61,239 nt of DNA from an uncultured Fidelibacterota bacterium (GTDB taxonomy: Bacteria > Fidelibacterota > Marinisomatia > Marinisomatales > UBA1611): contig CACEHW010000003.1 in assembly GCA_902559415.1 (NCBI GenBank), positions 1 through 61,239 on the forward strand. The letters run 5' to 3'. The position numbers and the translations under genes are program-made. This document shows, piece by piece, positions 32,760-44,391 of this stretch. How positions within the stretch are numbered: the first letter of the stretch is position 1; every line of letters begins with the position of its first letter. The notes under the pieces were generated by a model that had not been told where the DNA came from, did not search any database, and saw only the letters and a program-made list of their open reading frames with translations.

Positions 32760-34031
32760 TTAATTGTTTGTTGTGTCAAAGTATTTTCCAACCGAAGAAT
32801 AAACTTCCTCTGCTATGTAATGACTACCAAAAATAATTGTTATATAATTATTATCATAATTTTTTAACAATTCTACACCACTATTGACTGAAGAAACAGA
32901 TATAGCTTTACTATTATTTTTATTAAAAACTTTATGTAAATCTGAACTGCTCATTAAATAACCATTTTTATCACTACAAATAATAATTTTTTCAAAATTT
33001 TCTTTTATTAACTTGCAAATTTCATCAATATTTTTATCACTTTTTATTGAAAACAAACCAATAAGTTTTTTATCAGGGTGCAAAGCTGATATAGTTTCTA
33101 TCATTGAGGCAATCCCTTCATAATTATGCCCCACATCATAAAACAAATTTTTAGATTTATTAAGATTTTCTAAACGCCCTTTCCATTCAGTTTTAAAGAC
33201 AGCACTATTTATTTTTGAAATATCTAAGGATTCTCCGAGTACAGTTTGTGATAGTGCTATTGCCAAACTACAGTTTTTCACTTGATGCCTTCCAATTAGA
33301 GGTAAATTAATTTTAAAATTTAAATATGAAAAAAGAGTCCCATGTTTATCTGATCTAATAATATTGATATCTTCATCTCTAACAATATTAAGAGGGCTCT
33401 TTTTTTCTTTAGATACCTGACTTAAAATTCTCAAGACTTTATCTTGTTGCTCAAAAGTTAAAATAGGAATATTATTTTTAATAATTCCAGCCTTTTCCAT
33501 GGCTATTTTTTCAATTGTATCTCCTAGAATATCTGTATGATCCATAGAAATAGACGAAATACCACAGACTATTGGAGTAATAACATTTGTAGAATCAAGC
33601 CTACCACCTAGCCCTGTTTCAATTATAGCATAATCAACAGATTCTTTGTGGAAATAATCAAACGCCATAGCCGTAGTTGTCTCAAAAAAAGTTGATTCAA
33701 TAGATTTTATAAGTTTCCTATTATCTTTAAAAAAACTAGCTATACGATCATCTGAAATTTGATGCCCATTTATTTGAATTCTTTCATTGAATTTCTTTAA
33801 ATGAGGAGAGGTATATAAACCCACCTTAAAACCATGTTCAATTAAAATACTACTTAATATTGAACAAGTACTCCCTTTCCCATTCGTGCCTGCTATATGA
33901 ATTAATTTTAAATTTTCATGAGGATTCCCAATTGCTTTAAGTAATTCAATTGTATGATCTAAGCCAACTTTTATACCGAGTCGTTGTAAGTTATATAATT
34001 CTTCTAAAATTGAATCAATATTAAAAATCAT
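32760..34031 (-). CDS. folC: Folylpolyglutamate/dihydrofolate synthase
   Basis: HIAGTNGKGS, YTSPHL, ETGLGGRLDSTN, EKAGIIK, DVGHN. Confidence 0.96.
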   Translation of the reverse strand: MIFNIDSILEELYNLQRLGIKVGLDHTIELLKAIGNPHENLKLIHIAGTNGKGSTCSILSSILIEHGFKVGLYTSPHLKKFNERIQINGHQISDDRIASFFKDNRKLIKSIESTFFETTTAMAFDYFHKESVDYAIIETGLGGRLDSTNVITPIVCGISSISMDHTDILGDTIEKIAMEKAGIIKNNIPILTFEQQDKVLRILSQVSKEKKSPLNIVRDEDINIIRSDKHGTLFSYLNFKINLPLIGRHQVKNCSLAIALSQTVLGESLDISKINSAVFKTEWKGRLENLNKSKNLFYDVGHNYEGIASMIETISALHPDKKLIGLFSIKSDKNIDEICKLIKENFEKIIICSDKNGYLMSSSDLHKVFNKNNSKAISVSSVNSGVELLKNYDNNYITIIFGSHYIAEEVYSSVGKYFDTTNN

Positions 34032-34818
34032 CAATAAGCTGTGGCTGTTTTATTGTTTCCCCTAAAAATATTTCCCCAAGCTTTTCAAATTTCCTTGGCA
34101 AGTCTGTCACAAAACATTCCAATTCATTAGAATTTACTACTTCACTCATCAGACTTTTTTTTATGAGAATACTTTTCGCATGAGTAGCTATAGCTGATGC
34201 AGAATCAACCAAATTAATATCCTTTACAAAATCTTTAATTACAGGCTTTAAAAGAGGGTAATGAGTGCAGCCTAAAATCATAGTATCGATATTATTCTTA
34301 AAACTTGACAAGTAATGTTCTACAATAAGATTTATTGCCTCCCCTTCTACCATCCCCTCCTCAACGAATGGGACAAAAAGTGGGCACTCTTTAGAAAAAA
34401 CCTGAATCTCTTTATCAACCAAATTCAAAGCAATATCATATGCTTTTGAATTAATTGTAGCAACTGTACCGATGACACCAATTTTTTTACTTTTAGAATC
34501 TAATGATGCTTGAATTGAGCCAGGTTCAATTACACCAATTATGGGGATGTCTTTAAAATTATTCTTTAATACCTCTAAGGCCATTGCCGTTGCGGTGTTG
34601 CAAGCAACAATAATCATTTTCGCATCATTTTTAATTAAAAAATTTGCAATTTGCATCGAATATTGGATAATTAAATCTCTGCTTTTTACACCATATGGCA
34701 ATCGAGCTGTATCCCCAAAATATAAAATTGATTCATTTGGCAATATTTCTTTTAATGCCTTAACTACAGTTAATCCACCAAGGCCAGAATCAAAAACACC
34801 TATAGGCTTGTTCTTCAT
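34021..34818 (-). CDS. murI: Glutamate racemase
   Basis: FDSGLGGLTV, ACNTATA, LGCTHYP. Confidence 0.98.
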   Translation of the reverse strand: MKNKPIGVFDSGLGGLTVVKALKEILPNESILYFGDTARLPYGVKSRDLIIQYSMQIANFLIKNDAKMIIVACNTATAMALEVLKNNFKDIPIIGVIEPGSIQASLDSKSKKIGVIGTVATINSKAYDIALNLVDKEIQVFSKECPLFVPFVEEGMVEGEAINLIVEHYLSSFKNNIDTMILGCTHYPLLKPVIKDFVKDINLVDSASAIATHAKSILIKKSLMSEVVNSNELECFVTDLPRKFEKLGEIFLGETIKQPQLIDDF

Positions 34819-34819
34819 T

Positions 34820-36298
34820 TTACTCCTGAGCTAAGATCTTCTCTCTCGATGATTTAAATTTTATAATAGCTTTATAAATACCTTGAGCAATTTTTTTTCT
34901 ATAACTTGGAGATTTTAAGTTTTTTTCTTCAGAAGGATTAGAAATAAATCCACCTTCAAATAAGACGCAAGGCATACTAGCTCCAGATAGAACATAAAAG
35001 CCTGCCTGCTTTACACCTCTATTTGGAACAGTTAGTAATTTATCGAGTTCTTCTTGAATACCTGCAGCTAAAACTTCGCTTTCTTTTAAAAACATACTAC
35101 TAGCCATTGTCGCTGTAATTTTTCTTTCCATTGATAGTTTCTCATAATTAACTTTTTTCTCTTCAAATTTAATTACCGCGTTCTCTCGAGCCGCAACATC
35201 TATAGCGGTCCCTGTTTTATCCCATGAGTGCAGGAATGTTTCAAAACCTTTAATTTTTCTATTTGTGCTAGCATTAACATGAATACTCATAAATAACTTC
35301 CCCCCTGAATCATTAGCTATCTGTGTTCTTTTCCATAGTGGAATAAAAATATCTTCTGTCCTAGTATAAATCACCTTTATCCCAGTTTTTTTTTCAAGCA
35401 TCCTACCAACACGTTTTGTTATATCTAGAACAACATCTTTTTCCATTGTTCCATACTTTCCAATCGCTCCAGGGTCCTTACCTCCGTGACCAGCATCTAA
35501 TACTATCGTATCAAGTCTCCATCTTTCCTTTGCATCTTTAATGCGCTTAGAGTTATCTGTCAGAGCTGTTCTCAATGTGATTACAATTTCATTGGGATCA
35601 TGGCTTTGATACCACTCATGACTTATGACACCTTTCCTTAATTTTAAAGCTATTTGCGCAGTTTCATTAATTTGATCTGATTCAATTTTTCTAATAACTC
35701 CTCTAGTTAGAGATTTATTTAAAGTAGAAGTATCAACAATTCCACCAACAATAGTTAGATAAAACCATCCATGTTTATTTATAAATGAACTAATATCTCG
35801 ATCTGAAAATGATTCTTGGGTGTTTATTCGAATGATTGTACCATTAGATTTTTCTTCTATACTCAAAGCTCTTACATTATATCTAATTATATCAAATTCT
35901 AAAACCTCTTTCCGTTTATCATATCTCAATCCTGGAATTGCAACTTTACGAAGTATATCAAAAAAGCTCTCAGCTGGTACATACAAATCTCCATTATACT
36001 CTTGAACCGCATCAACCATCTGATAAGGAGTATCATCAATTATTAAAAAACTGGTTCCTGCAGATACTTTTATTCTTTTCCCTGATATATACAAAACTAA
36101 TTTTTTGCGCTCTGTATTTTCATATAAGCGGGAAGAAAGAGAAGAGACAAAATCTCTTGTTGAAACAAAACTCTTTTTTTCACCTTTGAGGGTTTTTATA
36201 TAAGAATTTTTTTCAATTGAGCTATTAATTACTTTTATATCAGCAATTAAAGTAGCCGTTAAAAACGTTATTATTGAAAATGCTTTTACAATTATCAT
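34820..36298 (-). CDS. N-acetylmuramoyl-L-alanine amidase (Amidase_3, AmiC-like)
   Basis: Signal peptide; LDAGHGGKDPGA, EKD, SIHVN, RGVKQAGFYVL, LFEGGFISN. Confidence 0.93.
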   Translation of the reverse strand: MIIVKAFSIITFLTATLIADIKVINSSIEKNSYIKTLKGEKKSFVSTRDFVSSLSSRLYENTERKKLVLYISGKRIKVSAGTSFLIIDDTPYQMVDAVQEYNGDLYVPAESFFDILRKVAIPGLRYDKRKEVLEFDIIRYNVRALSIEEKSNGTIIRINTQESFSDRDISSFINKHGWFYLTIVGGIVDTSTLNKSLTRGVIRKIESDQINETAQIALKLRKGVISHEWYQSHDPNEIVITLRTALTDNSKRIKDAKERWRLDTIVLDAGHGGKDPGAIGKYGTMEKDVVLDITKRVGRMLEKKTGIKVIYTRTEDIFIPLWKRTQIANDSGGKLFMSIHVNASTNRKIKGFETFLHSWDKTGTAIDVAARENAVIKFEEKKVNYEKLSMERKITATMASSMFLKESEVLAAGIQEELDKLLTVPNRGVKQAGFYVLSGASMPCVLFEGGFISNPSEEKNLKSPSYRKKIAQGIYKAIIKFKSSREKILAQE

Positions 36299-36462
36299 TT
36301 CATTATTTTTTATAAATCAATTTTGTAAAAAATACTTTTCCTGATAAGTAATTATAATGAAAACATTTAGGTATTTAAAGAAAGATATATTTAAAATATT
36401 TAATTTTTTAATAAAGGTATGTACATGCTTTTTAGCAATATATAAAGAAAAGAAGCTATATT

Positions 36463-36498
36463 AAAAGTAAATGCACCCCGAAAAAATCGAGGTGCATT
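36463..36498 (-). terminator. Intrinsic terminator after the small-protein pair
   Basis: Minus strand AATGCACCTCGA-TTTT-TTCGGGGTGCATT then TACTTTT. Confidence 0.8.
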
Positions 36499-36518
36499 AT
36501 TATGGCTTTACAGCCAAT

Positions 36519-36737
36519 TTACTTTTTTTCGTACCACATAACGAGTATCATTAATGCTAATAGTCCTGCCAGCCCTGCATCGCCAAACTGTGCCATCACT
36601 CGTCCTAGGCCTTCAATCACACCGAAAAAGTCATCAAACAGGATACCGACAACGATTCCAATAACGACTAGAGACTTGAGTAAATCAGTTGCGATTCCAA
36701 GCCACTCGTTAAGGGTTTCAAATCCACCTTTGAGCAT
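36519..36737 (-). CDS. Small 2-TM membrane protein (paralog B)
   Basis: AGGAGG SD; 72 aa; GLAGLLAL motif shared with its neighbour. Confidence 0.85.
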   Translation of the reverse strand: MLKGGFETLNEWLGIATDLLKSLVVIGIVVGILFDDFFGVIEGLGRVMAQFGDAGLAGLLALMILVMWYEKK

Positions 36738-36800
36738 ATTTTCCTCCTGTTAAAGGCGTGTAGAAGCTTATAACTTTAAACTTCTGGCCCTAATTGATTA

Positions 36801-37010
36801 TTATCCTAGAAACGAGAGAAAGACTAGCAAAGCAAGTAGACCAGCGAAACCGCCATCTAGAAATGTATTTACTAAGTCAACTATCCCACCTATTGGATCA
36901 AATCCAGTAGAATAAATAATGTTAACGAAAACGAAAAGCACGATAAGAGCTTTTATCACGCCAACTATTCCAGCTGCAGCATTTTGTACGGTTGCATTTA
37001 CATCAGCCAT
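36801..37010 (-). CDS. Small 2-TM membrane protein (paralog A)
   Basis: AAGGAGGT SD; 69 aa; GFAGLLAL motif. Confidence 0.85.
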   Translation of the reverse strand: MADVNATVQNAAAGIVGVIKALIVLFVFVNIIYSTGFDPIGGIVDLVNTFLDGGFAGLLALLVFLSFLG

Positions 37011-37043
37011 GCCAATACCTCCTTGGTTTGGTTTTTAAGATTA

Positions 37044-37154
37044 AAATAGAACAAGTTCTATTTATTTTTAATTGATTGTCCATTGGTATGTAGTTTTTAC
37101 CAGGGTCAATCCCTTTACTAGAACAGAATTTACTAACATTAACGGCATTTCCAA
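37044..37154 (-). promoter_or_regulatory. Putative promoter and structured leader of the small-protein operon
   Basis: TTGGAA-16nt-TAAATT (37154..37127), hairpin at 37074..37111, and perfect inverted repeat AAATAGAAC-NN-GTTCTATTT at 37044..37063. Confidence 0.45.
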
Positions 37155-37183
37155 TATTTATATTTAAAAAACCTATTACCGAC

Positions 37184-38089
37184 TTATTTGAGTTTGTTAG
37201 ATTTTCTAGCTCCTCTAATTACGGACGATGCTACTAAATATCTAATAAAAAGTTCAGAGGGATATATTTTAAAAATTAATTTAATTACCTTCCTTACAAT
37301 AAAATTAAATATTGCATAACCTTTAAAACTAAAAATCCAATCCGCTGCAAATTTCATCTTGTGATGTGGATACCTTTTTACTAGTAATGGTAAATTATGC
37401 TTGCCATATATCTCCATCGAATAACAAAAATCTTTTAAATCTCTTCTATGATAATGAATAGCATCTGATTTTTTTGAAAACACAAAACTATATGGATATA
37501 TATCCCAAATCCTTGCTGCTAAATCTGTATCCTCACCACCATACTTTTTTATTTTTTCATCAAACATACCACATTCTACCAAAGCTTCTCGTTTGATCAT
37601 TGCATTGCCAAATAGCATATACTGCAAAGGAATTTTATCCTTATCATTGTACTGCCGAGCACCTCTTAAATTCCCAAAATAATACTTCTCAACTGGTGTT
37701 AGTGATATATTTTTTGGAGGGACATTATCACCCATTACAGCTATAGTGTTTTTATCAAAATAAGACTGAAATGAAATTAACCAATCTTTTTGGGGGACCA
37801 TGTCACCATCTAAAAATGCTATAAAATCAGAAGAGCCAGCTTCTATCCCAGAATTCCTAGCTGAAGAAAGACCAGAGTTTTTTTCATGGTGGATAATTGT
37901 TACGTTGTTTTCGTTTTTATATTTTTCTAAAATTTCCCCCGTTTTATCTGTAGAAGCATCATTTATAAAAAAACAATGATAATTTTCATTAGAAAAAGAC
38001 TGATTAATTAAAATTTCAATACAGTTTTTTACAGTTTTTTCAACATTATAACAGGGAATGACGATATCAACTTCTGTTATTTTATCCAT
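37184..38089 (-). CDS. Glycosyltransferase family 2
   Basis: IVIPCYN, INDASTD, GLSSARNSG, FLDGD, GGEDTDL. Confidence 0.93.
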   Translation of the reverse strand: MDKITEVDIVIPCYNVEKTVKNCIEILINQSFSNENYHCFFINDASTDKTGEILEKYKNENNVTIIHHEKNSGLSSARNSGIEAGSSDFIAFLDGDMVPQKDWLISFQSYFDKNTIAVMGDNVPPKNISLTPVEKYYFGNLRGARQYNDKDKIPLQYMLFGNAMIKREALVECGMFDEKIKKYGGEDTDLAARIWDIYPYSFVFSKKSDAIHYHRRDLKDFCYSMEIYGKHNLPLLVKRYPHHKMKFAADWIFSFKGYAIFNFIVRKVIKLIFKIYPSELFIRYLVASSVIRGARKSNKLK

Positions 38090-39165
38090 GACTTTTTTTC
38101 ATAAAACTTATATAAAGAATCCGAAACACTACCTATATCATGATATTTTTTTACCCATTTTTTACTCTCATCTTTTTTTTGAATGACAATATCTTTATTC
38201 TTGGATAAATGGATTATCTTTTCTCTTAAATTATTTTTATTAATATCAATAAAAGGATGATCTGGTATAAAGTTTTGATATTTTGGTACTAATTCTGTCA
38301 TGCAAACTAATCCCATTGAAAGAGCCTCTACAGAACTCATGCCATACCCCCATCCACCACGATTATGGATTTGATCTATATATATATCACAACCTTTCTT
38401 TATTTTGATTACTTCGTTTTGGGATTTTCCTTCAATTAATAAAAATTTAATTATTCCTTCCTGATCTAATTCATTGCAAACTTTAATTATATCCTCGCTT
38501 CCTTTGTAATACCTATTTGTTGGGCTGTGACATATTTTTATTATGTTAGAAACACCTTTTTTTATGCTGTAATTTTCTGTTTCATATGGTAAAAATAGGT
38601 ATTCGATTTCTGGATGCTTATAAAGAAGGTCGAGCTCACTCGTTAAATTTAAACTGCTAATTTGATTTAACTCCTTTATAACCCCTCTTGTCCTCATATC
38701 TTGACCATGATAAGTGCATATAATAGGTTTATTTTTCTTTGAAATTTCTTTAGCAAATCGGCAATCGCGATATAAGTCTAATCCCCACTCAAAATGATAA
38801 ATATCATAATCCAATAAATGGTACTTGTTTATCGCTTTTTCAATATAAAAACTCCATACCCAATCCCTGATTTTAAAGTATAATTTCTCAATAAACGAAG
38901 ATGGCTCCCAAATAGGCGGGAACCCTTCTCTTTCTTGATAGTCACCTAAACTCCCTCTAAAGATTTTATAATATTTATGTCTAGCACTTAAATAACTTGA
39001 CTTGGTTGAAATAAAGGGCAGGTTCAAACAAATACCTGGCTCAGATTGATTTGAGCTTTTATACAAAGTAAGAACTTCGCATTTATTCCCTTTTAATTCA
39101 TGGGCTTTTTTCCAGAGACTCATTGTGCCTACTGTGTTCTCCGGAGAGATATATAATATTTTCAT
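38077..39165 (-). CDS. Glycosyltransferase (GT-B fold, GT4-like)
   Basis: YHGQDMR, HSPTNRYYKG, DIYIDQ, YGMSSVEALSMG. Confidence 0.8.
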   Translation of the reverse strand: MKILYISPENTVGTMSLWKKAHELKGNKCEVLTLYKSSNQSEPGICLNLPFISTKSSYLSARHKYYKIFRGSLGDYQEREGFPPIWEPSSFIEKLYFKIRDWVWSFYIEKAINKYHLLDYDIYHFEWGLDLYRDCRFAKEISKKNKPIICTYHGQDMRTRGVIKELNQISSLNLTSELDLLYKHPEIEYLFLPYETENYSIKKGVSNIIKICHSPTNRYYKGSEDIIKVCNELDQEGIIKFLLIEGKSQNEVIKIKKGCDIYIDQIHNRGGWGYGMSSVEALSMGLVCMTELVPKYQNFIPDHPFIDINKNNLREKIIHLSKNKDIVIQKKDESKKWVKKYHDIGSVSDSLYKFYEKKSWIK

Positions 39166-40268
39166 TTATAAATTTTAGAATACGTTTCTTTAATTTTATT
39201 TTTGTTTTTCTCCCAATTATATGTGCTTTTAATTTTTTCTTGATTATATAGAATATCATCTTCAACAATATTATTAAAAGTACTTACAATTGATGATGCT
39301 AAACTGCTAACATCACCAGGAGAAAAAAATTTTATTCTAGCATCATATCTTGTAACAGGTGGTAAACTAGATGAGATTATATGGCATCCAGCTGCCATAT
39401 ACTCAAATAATTTCGTAGGCGTATTTACTCTTGTAAGAGGATTATCATTAAAAGGAATGATACCGATCAAATTTTCTCTTAAATGTGCCCATATATCTTC
39501 GTGTTCAATATGCCGCTTGAAAGCGATATGATTATCTAAATTTAAAGAGCTAACTAATTTGAATAGCTCTTTTCTATACGAACGAGTTCTGAATCCTCCG
39601 TAAATAGAAAGAAAAATATCTGGTACTTCTTTAGTAACAATTGATAACGACTTAATTAGTTCAGATATCCCTCTTTCTGGCGCAATATTCCCATGATATA
39701 TGAGGGAGTTTTTCTTTTTAGAATTAATATTAATTTTTTTTATGTATTTTTTTAAAGGATAGTTTTCTAATAATATTGGGTTAAATCCCTGTTCAACAAA
39801 GCCAGAATTAGCAACCCCAGGACTAGCTATGAATATTTCATCAACATATTTTAAAAAGTGTCTTTCTTTTAATTTCCAGTATCTTATTTTAATATTTCTT
39901 AGAGAATTGCTTAACCTAGAAAAAGTATCAATCATCGATGGGTAATCTTCATGAACATCATAAATTATTTTAGTATTAAAACGCTTTTTTAACTTTATAG
40001 CTAAAGGGGATAATTCAGGTTCGTGTATATGAATTACTTTTGGCGGATCATTCATTAAATCATCTTCCACTAAATTTAAATAATCCCTTAATGAATATTC
40101 TGATTTACTATAATTAATATGAATTATATTTTTATCATTTATATCAATTATTGATTTTGTAAATGTAAAATACTTTACAAAGTAACCTTCTTCAATAATA
40201 GTTTTTATTTCTTTGTGATAAATTCTTTCATCATCTGAAAAATGTGAGCAAGAGATAACTACAACCAA
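39162..40268 (-). CDS. Glycosyltransferase family 4
   Basis: DDERIYHKE, IYDVHEDY, YHGNI..ERG, PTKLFEYMAAG. Confidence 0.9.
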   Translation of the reverse strand: MVVVISCSHFSDDERIYHKEIKTIIEEGYFVKYFTFTKSIIDINDKNIIHINYSKSEYSLRDYLNLVEDDLMNDPPKVIHIHEPELSPLAIKLKKRFNTKIIYDVHEDYPSMIDTFSRLSNSLRNIKIRYWKLKERHFLKYVDEIFIASPGVANSGFVEQGFNPILLENYPLKKYIKKININSKKKNSLIYHGNIAPERGISELIKSLSIVTKEVPDIFLSIYGGFRTRSYRKELFKLVSSLNLDNHIAFKRHIEHEDIWAHLRENLIGIIPFNDNPLTRVNTPTKLFEYMAAGCHIISSSLPPVTRYDARIKFFSPGDVSSLASSIVSTFNNIVEDDILYNQEKIKSTYNWEKNKNKIKETYSKIYK

Positions 40269-41684
40269 TTATAAAATCCCTTTCATCGATTTTTTTTCAT
40301 CTTCATTTATAATAAAAACGTACCATATAAAAATGTAACCCAATGGCATTATAATGCGTGGAAAAGTATTTTGTATTTCTAATGTGGAAACTAACATTGC
40401 GATTACGGGATAACAAAGCCCAAGCCAATTATAATTAACATAAAAAGAATTATAAAGCTTCAAGTAAACGGCTAACGCCATAATAAAAAAAGATATTGCT
40501 GTTGCCCAAGCAGAACCCAATATACCGTATTTAGGAATTAATAAAATATTTAGCAAAATATTTACAACTGCACCTATGCATCTAAAAACTGGAACCCAAT
40601 TTGTTATATTTTTTGCATAGATACCTGGAAGTTGAATTACATAAGCCCCAAAGAAAAAATAACCAAACAATACAACTGGTACAATTATTTCAGAAGACCA
40701 AAACTCCTGACCAATAAAGTGATTTCCACCTATACTAAAACGAATTATATCTGATATCCAAATAGAGACAGAAAATACTACAAAACCAACTAAACCAAGA
40801 AATATAGTAGCAATAATTGCAAAATCTTTTTTTGCTTCACCTTCTTTTATCCTTCTTAAAAAATACGGTGTCCAACCCATATTAAAACCCATGACTAACA
40901 CCAAAGCAAAAATACCTAATTTATATCCAGCAGAAAAAAGTCCAACATGCTGGATGCCTTTCATAAAACTTAAAATATATCTATTTGACAATTCCATTAT
41001 CATTGTAAAAAGGCCTGCAGGTAAAAACGGTAATCCAAACTTTATAACTTTTTTTAATATGATTGGGTTAACCTTATATATAGACGTTCTTTTTAAAATT
41101 ATTGGTAATGAAAAAATAAAAACTGAAGAAGAAGCTATCAGATTCGCTATTAATACACCAGGAACACCATAGTCCCATTTTATAATAAAAAAAATATTGA
41201 ACATCATAGTTAACACTACATTAAGAAGATTAAAAAATATAAATGCAGAAGATTTATTCTCAGACCTTAAAAGCAAAATATGGTGATTCCATAAATTATC
41301 TAGAAAGATAACAACAGCTATAATTGATATTAAATTGGCATCATTAACACCTAAAATTAGAATACATATATTTTCTCTAAAGATGAATAAAATAATTGAG
41401 AAAATCAATGAAGTTGCAAGCTGTAATAAATATATAGAGGATATGTATGATTTTTTTTCAGTATTTGCTGCCTGAATTGAAAACTTCATTAATGCAGTAT
41501 CCATACCATAACGATAAATCACTAAAGTAAAACCTATAAACGCATAGGCTAAAGAAATAACTCCATATTCTTCAGCAGAAAAAGTATGAGTATAGATCGG
41601 TAATAATAAAAATGTTATCAATCTTGAAACAACATGACCAAATCCATAAATGAGAGAATCTTTACCTAGCGTTTTTAGTGACAT
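40269..41684 (-). CDS. wzx: Oligosaccharide flippase (Wzx/MOP family)
   Basis: About 12-14 TM; LLLPIYT..S.EEYG, VGLFSAGYK, LIPKYGILG.A.AT. Confidence 0.88.
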   Translation of the reverse strand: MSLKTLGKDSLIYGFGHVVSRLITFLLLPIYTHTFSAEEYGVISLAYAFIGFTLVIYRYGMDTALMKFSIQAANTEKKSYISSIYLLQLATSLIFSIILFIFRENICILILGVNDANLISIIAVVIFLDNLWNHHILLLRSENKSSAFIFFNLLNVVLTMMFNIFFIIKWDYGVPGVLIANLIASSSVFIFSLPIILKRTSIYKVNPIILKKVIKFGLPFLPAGLFTMIMELSNRYILSFMKGIQHVGLFSAGYKLGIFALVLVMGFNMGWTPYFLRRIKEGEAKKDFAIIATIFLGLVGFVVFSVSIWISDIIRFSIGGNHFIGQEFWSSEIIVPVVLFGYFFFGAYVIQLPGIYAKNITNWVPVFRCIGAVVNILLNILLIPKYGILGSAWATAISFFIMALAVYLKLYNSFYVNYNWLGLCYPVIAMLVSTLEIQNTFPRIIMPLGYIFIWYVFIINEDEKKSMKGIL

Positions 41685-42652
41685 TATTTAAATAAAATTT
41701 TTAAACTATCTCTAAAAACACCGCTCGCGCCAAAGTTTTCTTTAAATCTACCCAGGCCCATATTAGCGACACCATCTACTGTGAAAGTACCAAAGTCGTA
41801 CATTTTAATATTTTTTGTTATAGCCCATTTAAAAATATTAAAAAACAAAAGATTTAATGGTCTTAGTTCTTGAAACTCATTTTTATGGCTGATATAAAAA
41901 GCCAAGGCTACACCTTCTTTAACTATAATATTTAATACTCCTGCTATCATTTGATGATTATAGAAGGCGCCAAATACATTTATTTCTTCAGGGAAAAGGG
42001 TAATTAATGTTTTTAATTCATTAATAGTATGAGTCGGTTTAACATCATGTCTAATTTTTAAATTTGTTTCTAAAATAGAAAAAAACTCATCCACTTTATT
42101 TGTTATTTTAACTTCAACACCCAAATTCTGAGATCTTTTAACCGCTCTTTGATGACTTGATTTAAATTTATTTAATATATCATCTTCATTCTCTCCAATA
42201 GTGAGTGTACTTGTTACTTCTCTTCTAAAATAATCAAACCCACTTGATAAAAGTGCATATTCAACATAATTAGAAGCTCTATTAGAATAAAATGATGGCG
42301 GAATCGTCATTTGAATTCCATCGAAACCCTCTCTAATAGCATAACCATTTAGCTCTTCAACTATCTCAATTGAATCTTTTATGGAAAGATCCTCTTTTGT
42401 AATTAATGAACCATATGAAGCCCCCGGATGAGACACTAATATTCTTTTACCTTCTTTCATTATATCTGCAGCAGGAAAAACAGATAAAAGATTATTACCT
42501 TTATAAAACTCAATACTATTATCTTTAAATCTCTCTTCGGGATGATAGTTTAAAAATTTCCGCAGATTGAAAATAGTCCCGTTATTTGCTTTACGCACAA
42601 ACAAGTCCCAAGCAAGATAGTTATCTTTTGAAAATTTTTTAACTTTAATCAT
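41684..42652 (-). CDS. GNAT/FemAB-like acyltransferase
   Basis: NGTIF...FLNYH, SHPGASYG, YDFG......N.GLGRFKENFGA. Confidence 0.8.
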   Translation of the reverse strand: MIKVKKFSKDNYLAWDLFVRKANNGTIFNLRKFLNYHPEERFKDNSIEFYKGNNLLSVFPAADIMKEGKRILVSHPGASYGSLITKEDLSIKDSIEIVEELNGYAIREGFDGIQMTIPPSFYSNRASNYVEYALLSSGFDYFRREVTSTLTIGENEDDILNKFKSSHQRAVKRSQNLGVEVKITNKVDEFFSILETNLKIRHDVKPTHTINELKTLITLFPEEINVFGAFYNHQMIAGVLNIIVKEGVALAFYISHKNEFQELRPLNLLFFNIFKWAITKNIKMYDFGTFTVDGVANMGLGRFKENFGASGVFRDSLKILFK

Positions 42653-42766
42653 GAGTCATTTTAACAGAATTACAGATTAAATGTTCCTAGAATGAATTGC
42701 AAGTTTATATTGTTTGTTTCTCAAAGTTCACTAAATCTAATTTCAATTAACTAAATCTTGGAATAA

Positions 42767-44387
<1,621 letters not shown>

Positions 44388-44391
<4 letters not shown>

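Noticed and set aside
36502-36753. 83-aa plus-strand ORF
   Set aside because: Antisense shadow of the SD-led small membrane protein gene.
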